Of a stretch of 31,473 nt of DNA, positions 9,207-16,737 are shown piece after piece; the stretch's first letter is position 1; each line of letters opens with the position of its first letter. Made by a program: the position numbers and the translations under genes. The notes under the pieces were generated by a model. It had not been told where the DNA came from and did no database searches. It worked only from the letters and a program-made list of their open reading frames with translations. This DNA comes from a virus (Duplodnaviria; Caudoviricetes): positions 1 to 31,473 of the IMG/VR virus record IMGVR_UViG_3300044976_000047; one strand, 5' to 3'.

Positions 9207-10613
9207 ATGGAGCCCGTGGATCGGCTGGTGGCGCTGCTGAAGCAGCTCGACGGCGCCCGTCCGGGGCTGGACCTGCTGCACCGGTACTACGAGGGCCGCT
9301 CCGCGCTGCCGTACGTGCCGGGGCAGGCCAGCCCGGAGCTGAAGCAGCTGGTCAGGATCGCCCGGACCGCTTGGGGCGGCCTGATCGTCGATTCCATCGC
9401 CGAACGGCTGGTGGTCGACGGCATCAAATCCACCATCGGCGGGATGGACGAGCGGGCGTGGGCATGGTGGCAGGCCAACAAGCTCGACGCCCGCCAGGCC
9501 GCGATCCACACCGACGCCCTGACCTGCGCCGCCAGCTACGTGCTGGTGTGGCCCGGCGCCAGCGGTCCCACCATCCGGGGCCTGGACGCCAGGGACGCGA
9601 CAGGGACGCTGGCCGGGACCGACCCGGCGGTGCTCTCCGAAGCCGTCTACACCTGGACCGCCGGCGGCGCGCAGCGGGCCACCCTGTACACCCCGGACGC
9701 GGCGTACATGTTCGCCCGCCCCGCCGAGGGCGGCGCCGTCGTGCCCGTGCACCGGGGCTGGCTGGAGGAGCCAGACACAGTCATGGTCGGCCCGTCCGCG
9801 GATTGGGTGCTGCTAGACGCGCCCGAGCACGGCCTCGGCGCCTGCCCCGTCGCGCGGATCGCGAACATCCCGGACCTGCGCGGGACCGGCACCAGCGACA
9901 TCGCCCACCACATCCCCCCGATCGACCGGATCACCGAGACCGCCCTCGGCCGCCTGACCGCCGGGAAGTTCGGCGCCTACCGGCAGCGTTGGGCCACAGG
10001 GCTGCAGCTCGGGCACAAGATTGACCCGAAGACAGGGGAACCGGTCCTGGGACCTGACGGCAGGCCGGTCCCCGCGGGGGCGCCGTTCCAGTACGGTGCG
10101 GACCTGCTCTGGGCATCGGAAGACCCGGACGGCAAATTCGGCGACTTCGCCGCCACAGACCTCCGCCCGATCGTCGAAGCGCTCGACCAGGACATCAAGC
10201 ACCTGGCGGCGGTGTCCCGCACCCCCGCCCACTACTTGCTGGCCGGTACCGCGAACCCGCCGTCGGCGGAGGCGCTGCTGGCGGCGGAGTCCGGGCTCAC
10301 GTCGAAGGTGAACCGCAGGCAGCTCGACTTCGGGGAGGCGTGGGAGCACGTCATCCGCCTCGCGGCCCTCGCGGCCGGCGAACCGGCGCTGGCGCAGGAC
10401 GCGGGCCTGGAGGTGGTGTGGAAGAACACCGAGGTCCGGTCCATGGGCGCCGTCGCCGACGCCCTGCTGAAGCTGCGTCAGGTCGGCATCCCGCTGCAGG
10501 TGCTGCTGGAGTCCCTCGGGCACTCCCCGCAGTCCATCGACCGGACCATGGCGCTCGCCGAGGCGGAGCGGTCCGCGCAGGCACGGTCGCAGGCGGCCGC
10601 GTTCGGCGCCTGA
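9207..10613 (+). CDS. Portal protein (SPP1 gp6-like), inverted relative to the other late genes
   Basis: Motifs YYEG, WGGLIVDSIAERLVVDG, WWQANKLDARQ, AYRQRWATG, SRTPAHYL and SAEAL...FGEAWE. The start could lie slightly upstream. Confidence 0.93.
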   Translation: MEPVDRLVALLKQLDGARPGLDLLHRYYEGRSALPYVPGQASPELKQLVRIARTAWGGLIVDSIAERLVVDGIKSTIGGMDERAWAWWQANKLDARQAAIHTDALTCAASYVLVWPGASGPTIRGLDARDATGTLAGTDPAVLSEAVYTWTAGGAQRATLYTPDAAYMFARPAEGGAVVPVHRGWLEEPDTVMVGPSADWVLLDAPEHGLGACPVARIANIPDLRGTGTSDIAHHIPPIDRITETALGRLTAGKFGAYRQRWATGLQLGHKIDPKTGEPVLGPDGRPVPAGAPFQYGADLLWASEDPDGKFGDFAATDLRPIVEALDQDIKHLAAVSRTPAHYLLAGTANPPSAEALLAAESGLTSKVNRRQLDFGEAWEHVIRLAALAAGEPALAQDAGLEVVWKNTEVRSMGAVADALLKLRQVGIPLQVLLESLGHSPQSIDRTMALAEAERSAQARSQAAAFGA

Positions 10614-10614
10614 G

Positions 10615-11922
10615 GTGGCCGCACCGCCGGTCGTGGCGCTGGCCGCGGCGGAGCGCCTCGCGGGGCTGGTGGCGCTGATCCGCTCCATGTCGGTGGCGAC
10701 GGTGGACGGGCTGGTCGCGTCGATGTCGCCCGCCGACCTGGAGGGCAGCTACTACGCCGCGGAACCGGGCGCCGTCGCCCGGCTGCTGGCCGCGCAGTCC
10801 CGTGCCGCGCGGGAGGCGGTGCAGGCCGCCAGCGCCGGGATCGGGGCGTGGGGCACCGTCGCCGAGGCGCTGTCGACCGTGCCGGACGCCCCGCCCGGGC
10901 TGCCTGCCGCCACGGACATGGCGAGCGTGCTGCGGCAGACGGTCCTGGTGGAGTCGAAGTACCGCATCGGCACCGGGATGGAACCGGTGGAGGCGCTGGA
11001 GTCGGCGAGGCTGCGCGGCGGGAGGGCGGCGGCGGGGATCGGCGCCGATACGACCAGGGGCTCATACACGGCCACGATCCAGGGCGCGGGGATGGGGTGG
11101 GCGCGGGTGCCGACGGCGCAGGCGTGCCCGTTCTGCCTGCTCATGGCGTCCCGCGGCCCGGTGTACAAGTCGCAGCAGACCGCGCAGGGAAAGAAGGGCT
11201 ACTACCACCCGTGGGACCGGTGCCGCACCCTCGCAGTCCCACGCGGCGCCCAGCCCGGCGACTACCTCGACGGCGAGATCGGCGGACTCGTGCAGCGCGC
11301 CGACGACGCCTACTTCTCCGGCAGGAACATGACGGAGTACCTGAGCAGCGACTTCGCGAAGGCGCAGAACGCGGGGCGGGTCGGGTCTCCGCCGTCGGCC
11401 TCGCCGCCGCCCAACAACCCGTTCGGCGTGACGGCGAAGCCGATGACCCGCGACGCGGCGCTGGCCGGAACGAACCCCCTCTACTCCACCGGCGGCATCA
11501 CGTACAGGAACAACTGCACCCGGTGCGTGGTCGCCTACGAAGCCCGGCTGAGGGGGTTCGACGTACAGGCCGCGTCGTCGATGCCCGATCTCATGCACGC
11601 CGTCGCGGACGCGACGTTCGAGCTTCCTCCGGGCGCCGTCGCGCACAAATGGGTGCCGTTCAACGACGTCGGCCAGGCCGCCTCGCAGATCGCGGCCGGC
11701 CAGCACGGGACGCGGTACTGGGTCCATGTCAGATGGCCCCCGAACGGGGGTACCGGGCATGTGTTCATGGCCGAGAACCGGGCCGGCGCGACGGTCCTCA
11801 TCGACCCGCAGAGCGGAGTGGAGCATTACGGGCCGGGCGCGGTGCATGGGAGCGTGGAGATACTCCGCGTCGACGAGTTGGATTTCGCGCCGGGGGCTTC
11901 AGGATTCACAATGGCGCCATGA
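10615..11922 (+). CDS. MuF-like minor head protein fused to a C-terminal papain-fold toxin (Tox-PL-like)
   Basis: WARVP..ACPFCLLMASRGPVY..YHPWDRC head domain, Pro-rich linker, then NCTRC / GHVF / IDPQSG catalytic triad motifs. Confidence 0.85.
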   Translation: MAAPPVVALAAAERLAGLVALIRSMSVATVDGLVASMSPADLEGSYYAAEPGAVARLLAAQSRAAREAVQAASAGIGAWGTVAEALSTVPDAPPGLPAATDMASVLRQTVLVESKYRIGTGMEPVEALESARLRGGRAAAGIGADTTRGSYTATIQGAGMGWARVPTAQACPFCLLMASRGPVYKSQQTAQGKKGYYHPWDRCRTLAVPRGAQPGDYLDGEIGGLVQRADDAYFSGRNMTEYLSSDFAKAQNAGRVGSPPSASPPPNNPFGVTAKPMTRDAALAGTNPLYSTGGITYRNNCTRCVVAYEARLRGFDVQAASSMPDLMHAVADATFELPPGAVAHKWVPFNDVGQAASQIAAGQHGTRYWVHVRWPPNGGTGHVFMAENRAGATVLIDPQSGVEHYGPGAVHGSVEILRVDELDFAPGASGFTMAP

Positions 11923-12224
11923 GCGGACCGGTGCGCACCTTCGACGAGGCCAGGGATGTCGCGCTCGCGCACGCGGCGCGGAGCATGCCGCTGCGGGACG
12001 GTCTGGCGTGGGCCGCGTTCGAAGACGGGGGCGAGGACGACCGCTCTTACGCGGTCTACTGCAACGAAGCGAGGTTCGTGGCCGGCGGCGACCCGTTGAC
12101 CACCATGCTCACCGGCTCTCCCGTGCTTCTCGTGGACAAGTCATCCGGCAAGGTCGAGGAGGCCTGGTACGCCGACCCGTCGGACCGGGCGCGCCTCGAC
12201 GCGATGGCGCCCGTCAAGGGCTGA
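11919..12224 (+). CDS. Putative cognate immunity protein (Imm35/YrhB-like)
   Basis: ATGA-coupled to the toxin gene, 101 aa. TFDEARDVA...YCNEARFVAGGDP..MLTGSPVLLVDKSSGKV fits the Imm35 pattern. Confidence 0.7.
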   Translation: MSGPVRTFDEARDVALAHAARSMPLRDGLAWAAFEDGGEDDRSYAVYCNEARFVAGGDPLTTMLTGSPVLLVDKSSGKVEEAWYADPSDRARLDAMAPVKG

Positions 12225-12283
12225 CACACCCAGCGCGGCCTCCCGCCCCCGCCCTTGGTCGCGGTTGACTAATCTCTGGTGCT

Positions 12284-12715
12284 ATGACCAGCGAATCCCG
12301 GCCTCCCATCGAGCTCTATCGGGTCGCGGTCGAGGAGCGGCGCTTCGAGGTCGCGCACAACTGGTCCCGCGCCCAGTACCTATTGAGCCTCGGCGCGCTG
12401 CTGCTCACCGCCGGCGTCGCCCTCGACCGGCCCCTCGCCGCGGTCGTCTTCGCCGTCGGCGCGATCGAGTGCCTCGCGGCGCGGACAGTGATCGCCACCG
12501 AGCACCAGTACTACCGGGCCGCCCGCGACCACGAGAAGGCGATCGCCAGGGCCGCAGGCTTGGACACGTGGCGGCCGCGCACGACCGAGGGAGCGGGCGG
12601 CCCGAAACGGACGGGGCCGAGGGTCGTCACGTGGTTGCGCGCGGTGGCGCTGGCCATGGCCCTCGCCAACGCACTGGGCGCCGTCGTCGTGCTCTGGCCT
12701 GTCCTGTTCGACTGA
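12284..12715 (+). CDS. Three-TM membrane protein
   Basis: Three hydrophobic segments. TAATCT -10 at 12270-12275 lies 8 nt before the ATG. Confidence 0.75.
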   Translation: MTSESRPPIELYRVAVEERRFEVAHNWSRAQYLLSLGALLLTAGVALDRPLAAVVFAVGAIECLAARTVIATEHQYYRAARDHEKAIARAAGLDTWRPRTTEGAGGPKRTGPRVVTWLRAVALAMALANALGAVVVLWPVLFD

Positions 12716-12725
12716 GCCTTCTCTG

Positions 12726-12959
12726 ATGCAGACTGGCCCCATGGTTTGGGTGGCCCTCTGTGCGGGTGCGGTGGCCCTGTGGGCGCTGCTGATGCTGGTC
12801 CTCCTGGCGCGGCGCTGCGTGGAGGAGCTCTCGTTCATGCGGGCGGTAGTGGCACGGATCGAGGACCGTCAGATCCGTGCCATGACACCCAGACCTCGTT
12901 CGGCAGCGGCCGGCCCCAGACCGGGATCAGCCAGAACTCCGCTGAACCGCCCGGCCTGA
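12726..12959 (+). CDS. Small single-TM protein
   Basis: Strongly hydrophobic N-terminus. The 3' end overlaps the opposite-strand gene. Confidence 0.45.
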   Translation: MQTGPMVWVALCAGAVALWALLMLVLLARRCVEELSFMRAVVARIEDRQIRAMTPRPRSAAAGPRPGSARTPLNRPA

Positions 12960-13294
12960 TCACCGCATCCTCCGGCAGGTTCCTCGCCGGGCAGCCGATC
13001 TTCCCCGGGTCGATCCGGACACCCTCGGCGACGCCCTCGCCGAGATTCCGCAGCAGGTAGTGATTCTTGCCGCGCTGCTCGGTGCTCCAGGCGATTCCAT
13101 CGCCGGTACCCCGCCGGCTCTCCTCGTCCCTCGGCGATCTGCTGCTCGAGCAGCCGATTCGCCCGCTCGGCGGCTTCGGCGGATCGTGCAGCCTCGGCGG
13201 ACGCCTTCTCGTGCTTGGCGGACCGCCACCCGAACAGGACCGAGCCGCACGACACGCCCAGCGCGGCGATCGCTATCCAGTCCCCCGCATCCAT
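12835..13294 (-). pseudogene. Membrane-anchored protein gene with a +1 frameshift near 13128-13132
   Basis: TM plus coiled coil (MDAGDWIAIAALG...EQQIAE) continues in the +1 frame as a protein-like beta domain (WSTEQRGKNHYLLRNLGEGVAEGV...SVPLPPA*). The span is 460 nt = 3n+1. Confidence 0.7.
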
Positions 13295-13317
13295 ACCCGC
13301 CAGTATCCGGACCGCCA

Positions 13318-14946
13318 TCAGAACCCCGCCGCCCGGTACACCTTCCGCTCCCGCTGCCGCCCGGCGCCGGCGGCCTGGGCGTCGATGCGGGCCTGCCACG
13401 CCAGAATGCTGGCGACGGCGGCGTCGATCTTCAGCGGCGACTTCTGCGACTCCTTGCCCGGCACCCACAGCACCGCGCCGGTGTCGGCGTCGCGGATGCG
13501 GGTCTCCCGCTTGCGGACGTTGCGCAGGTGCCGGGCCAGGTCCGCCCCGCCGTCGTAGGTCCATTCCCCGGACGCGGCGGCGTGCTGCCACACCCGGGTG
13601 GCGGGGCCCATCCGCCGGTACTCGTTGGTCGGCCATTCCCGCACGCGCCCCGGCCAGCGGCCCGACCACCGCGCGAGGTCGGACTCCCAGAACCTGGGGT
13701 CGCCGTACATGCGGGCCACCTCGAAGCGGGCGAACACGTCCGCCAGGACCAGGTCCGGCTCGTCGCGCGGGACCTCCCACCCGTCCCCGGCGGGGCCGTG
13801 GGGCCGCTCCCACAGCGCGAGCAGGCTAGTGAGCCCGTCCGACACGCGGGTGGCGACCAGGGCGGTGGCGTCGTCGGACTTCGACCCGTCGAACCCGAGC
13901 ACCACCAGGTCGCCGTCCGCCAGCGCGTCGTCGCGGGCCGCGGCGTCGACCTGCCCATCGGTGAGCGCCCGGCCCGCGCCGGCGACGATCCGGTTCAGCC
14001 ACACCCGCTCAAGGAAGCCGGAGTCGGCCTCAGGGTCGGCGAACTGGGCGGCGATGCCCTCCAGGTCCGACCATCCGGCGTGCGGGCCGGACGCCTCCGC
14101 CACCGCGGCCCGCAGGCCGTCCTCGGTGGAGATGTCGATCTCGTCGGAGGCCCACCGCCGGAAGTAGGCGAACGTCGGGTCGTCGGCGCGGCCCTCGTCC
14201 ACGGCGACCGCGAGGTTGTGCGCGGACTCGGCGATGCTGCCGGCGCCGGGCTCGAAGCTGGTGGTCACCTCCAGCGACCACGGGTCGGACATCCGGCGCT
14301 TGGGCAGGTTCGCCATCATCGTGCGGTGCGCGGCCACCAGCCTGGGGGAGGAGAGCCGGTGGGTCTCGTCGAAGCATTGGAAGGTGGTGCGGGCGCCGTC
14401 GCGGGCGTTCGGGGAGCCGGACAGCGGCACGATCCTGCCACGGGGACGGCCGCGGGAGTCGAGAACCAGGACCCGCTCAAGGCCGACGTCGAAGTCCGCC
14501 GCCACCTCGGACTCCTCGATGATCGCGCACACCGCGCCGTAGGCGAGCTCCTCGGTCTGGTCCAGGGTGTAGGCGACCATCGGGACGTAAGGGTCGGACA
14601 CGGGCCGGCCGACCGGCTCGCCGTGGGCGTCCCAGCCGTCGAACCGGACCGGCGCGTCGGGGTGCGCCTCGGCGATCGTCAGCAGCGCCGCGGCTTCGGT
14701 CTTGGCCGTGCCCTTGCGCAGCGACCACCCGACCCGGCGGAACCGGCGCCTGCCCTCCATCGGCCCGGGCGGGCGGACCTCGTAGGCGCGGTAGGTCAGG
14801 CCCCGCAGCTCCGGGCCCATCTGGTAGGGCTGCCCCCGCAGGTCGCCGGGGCCGTAGACCAGGTTCGCCTCGATCCAGTCGCACACCTGCGGGCCGAGCG
14901 TGGGCCATGGCCGCTCGTCGGGCGGCGGCACCAGCAGGACCGCCAC
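13318..14946 (-). CDS. terL: Terminase large subunit
   Basis: Walker A RKGTAKT, Walker B FQCFDETH, nuclease motif LGFDGSKSDDATAL, and KIDAAVA. Confidence 0.96.
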   Translation of the reverse strand: MAVLLVPPPDERPWPTLGPQVCDWIEANLVYGPGDLRGQPYQMGPELRGLTYRAYEVRPPGPMEGRRRFRRVGWSLRKGTAKTEAAALLTIAEAHPDAPVRFDGWDAHGEPVGRPVSDPYVPMVAYTLDQTEELAYGAVCAIIEESEVAADFDVGLERVLVLDSRGRPRGRIVPLSGSPNARDGARTTFQCFDETHRLSSPRLVAAHRTMMANLPKRRMSDPWSLEVTTSFEPGAGSIAESAHNLAVAVDEGRADDPTFAYFRRWASDEIDISTEDGLRAAVAEASGPHAGWSDLEGIAAQFADPEADSGFLERVWLNRIVAGAGRALTDGQVDAAARDDALADGDLVVLGFDGSKSDDATALVATRVSDGLTSLLALWERPHGPAGDGWEVPRDEPDLVLADVFARFEVARMYGDPRFWESDLARWSGRWPGRVREWPTNEYRRMGPATRVWQHAAASGEWTYDGGADLARHLRNVRKRETRIRDADTGAVLWVPGKESQKSPLKIDAAVASILAWQARIDAQAAGAGRQRERKVYRAAGF

Positions 14947-14950
14947 GGGC

Positions 14951-15394
14951 TCAGCCGGTCAGCGCCGCCCGCGGGTCCCAGCCCGCCGCGGGCACGGGCA
15001 CCGGCCGCAGGGCGCGCCCGGGCCGGGGTTCGTCTGCGCCGCGATCGACCTCCCACTGCAACCGGCGGCGGTCGATCGGGGTGAGCCCGAAGCACTGCCG
15101 CTGCCGGCGGATCTCGGCCGCCAGCGCGGAGCGGGACTTCGGGTCGTCCTCCGCCCAGAAGTCGTCGACAAGGACCGCCAGCGCGATCAGGCCGTGCAGG
15201 TCGGAGGGGTCCCACTCGGCGGCCATCGGGGACGCCCACACGTCCCGCCACCACGCCTGGGTGGAGGGGTGCCACTGCCGCTCGGGCAGCTTCGGGGCGC
15301 GGCGGCGGCGGGGCGCCGCGGACAGCGTCCGTGGGGCCGGCGCCCGGTTGGTGCGGGCGCGGGCCCCGGCTGGCTTCGGCATCGGCCCGGGCAT
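14951..15394 (-). CDS. terS: Terminase small subunit
   Basis: MPGPMPKP start, WWRDVWASPMA and FGLTPIDRRRLQWEV; directly upstream of terL. Confidence 0.9.
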   Translation of the reverse strand: MPGPMPKPAGARARTNRAPAPRTLSAAPRRRRAPKLPERQWHPSTQAWWRDVWASPMAAEWDPSDLHGLIALAVLVDDFWAEDDPKSRSALAAEIRRQRQCFGLTPIDRRRLQWEVDRGADEPRPGRALRPVPVPAAGWDPRAALTG

Positions 15395-15522
15395 CTCGCT
15401 CCTAACCTCCTGCGCCGCGCACCGGTGAGGCTTAATGGCCTGCTTAGCATGCCGCCGGTGAGGGCTCTCGTTGCTCCGAGTATCGCGCCGGACGCCCTAT
15501 CGACGGGCGGTCACGCAGAGTG

Positions 15523-15651
15523 ATGGGCCTGCGGCTGGTCGGGGGTGTCCGCCAGACTGGCCCGGTGGGCGGTGTGCTGCGGTACGTGGACCCGTACATC
15601 CCCGTCGCCCACTTCTGCGACCCGGGCATGCTGAACGGCGGTGTCGGTTGA
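15523..15651 (+). CDS. Small hypothetical protein (42 aa)
   Basis: Its stop overlaps the TTG start of the ligase gene (TTGA). Confidence 0.35.
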   Translation: MGLRLVGGVRQTGPVGGVLRYVDPYIPVAHFCDPGMLNGGVG

Positions 15652-16205
15652 AGAAGATCCCGACGGTGTTCGTGCGCGCTCCAGACGACCTGCGCAGGGT
15701 GATCGACGCGTGGCACCCGGACTGCCTGTGGGTGCGGGACGGCGAAGGAGTTCCGACGCGGAAGTACGACGGGACCTGCGTGATGTTCGACGGCGACCGC
15801 TGGTGGGCGCGGCGCACCGTGAAGCTGGACGCCGAGAGGCCGCCGGGCTTCTGGATGGTGCAGATGGACGCGGCTGCGCAGAAGGAGATCGGCTGGGAGC
15901 CCGCCGAGCAGTCCCCGTTCCGCAAGCCCCTGTTCGAGGCGCTGTCCATCTCCGTGCTGCACGGCTGGCCCGCAGGCACCTACGAGCTGTGCGGCCCGAA
16001 GATCAACGGCAATCCGGAGGGGCTCGGGCACCACGAACTCTTCCTGCACGAGGCCGCTCAGCGGATCACGCTGCCCCTGCGGCGCGATTTCGAGACGCTG
16101 CGCGACATCCTCGAGCTGCTCCGCCTCCTCAACCATGTCGAGGGCTTGGTGTTCCACCATCCGGACGGAAGGATGGCGAAGCTCAAGGGGAGGGATTTTC
16201 GATGA
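15648..16205 (+). CDS. ATP-dependent RNA ligase-like protein (DUF5565/RLIG1-like)
   Basis: KKIPTVF start, motif I TRKYDGT, TYELCGPKINGNP, motif IV EGLVF and motif V MAKLK. Confidence 0.8.
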   Translation: MKKIPTVFVRAPDDLRRVIDAWHPDCLWVRDGEGVPTRKYDGTCVMFDGDRWWARRTVKLDAERPPGFWMVQMDAAAQKEIGWEPAEQSPFRKPLFEALSISVLHGWPAGTYELCGPKINGNPEGLGHHELFLHEAAQRITLPLRRDFETLRDILELLRLLNHVEGLVFHHPDGRMAKLKGRDFR

Positions 16206-16324
16206 GGGAGGGGTACGCCGACCTGGGCGACGCCTCCTGCGCTGGCCGCGGCTACGGGCTGGTCGCGCGCGTCCTGCACGTGGCCTATGGGGCCGCGGGT
16301 GGTCAGCAAGCAGAGCAGCCATGA
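16202..16324 (+). CDS. Small hypothetical protein (40 aa)
   Basis: ATGA overlaps at both ends. Confidence 0.4.
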   Translation: MREGYADLGDASCAGRGYGLVARVLHVAYGAAGGQQAEQP

Positions 16325-16572
16325 GCTTCCTGTGGGCGTCCCTCCTGCTGCTCGCCTGCGTCCTGCTCGGTGCCGTGGTGATCGTGATGGCCGGGGGATC
16401 ATCCCGAGGGGACAAGCCGGCCGACGTCGGATCATGCCTCACGATCATGGTCGACGGCCAGCCCGCGAGGGTGCAGTGGTCCGGGGAGATGACCGCCGAG
16501 GACGTCGAGGCACTCGAAGACCTGGTCCGGGCGGTCCGCCGCCGGTTCGACTCTGGACCTACAAACCCGTAG
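16321..16572 (+). CDS. Small membrane-anchored protein
   Basis: N-terminal TM segment. The stop codon lies inside the 28-bp repeat. Confidence 0.6.
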   Translation: MSFLWASLLLLACVLLGAVVIVMAGGSSRGDKPADVGSCLTIMVDGQPARVQWSGEMTAEDVEALEDLVRAVRRRFDSGPTNP

Positions 16573-16664
16573 CGGGAAGAGTTCGCACCATCCCGACGGA
16601 CGGATGGCCAACGGCCAATCGGCAGTCCTCGGACCGTACAAACCCGTAGCGGGAAAAGTTCGCA
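16560..16664. repeat. Two 28-bp direct repeats (16560-16587 and 16637-16664; one mismatch)
   Basis: TACAAACCCGTAGCGGGAA(G/A)AGTTCGCA, period 77 nt. Confidence 0.95.
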
Positions 16665-16717
16665 TTCCCCGTCGGGGTCCGGGTGAACCGCGGGGGTGGG
16701 GGGCACCCCCCACCCGG
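16630..16717 (-). other. Probable cos/packaging site region
   Basis: Lies between HNH and terS. GGGTGGGGGGTGCCCCCC hairpin motif, then CGACGGGGAA|TGCGAAC...GTTTGTACGG, resembling 3'-overhang actinophage ends. Confidence 0.55.
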
Positions 16718-16737
16718 CGACGGCTACTTGGGCGCGT

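Noticed and set aside
12380-12838. Minus-strand ORF coupled by ATGA to the frameshifted gene
   Set aside because: Low-complexity translation, and it is antisense to the much more convincing 3-TM gene at 12284-12715.
16560-16664. Mini CRISPR array or RNA anti-CRISPR (28-bp repeats with CCCG/CGGG hairpin, 49-nt spacer)
   Set aside because: Only two copies, a long spacer, a weak 4-bp stem and no cas genes. Its position between HNH and terS fits a packaging site better.
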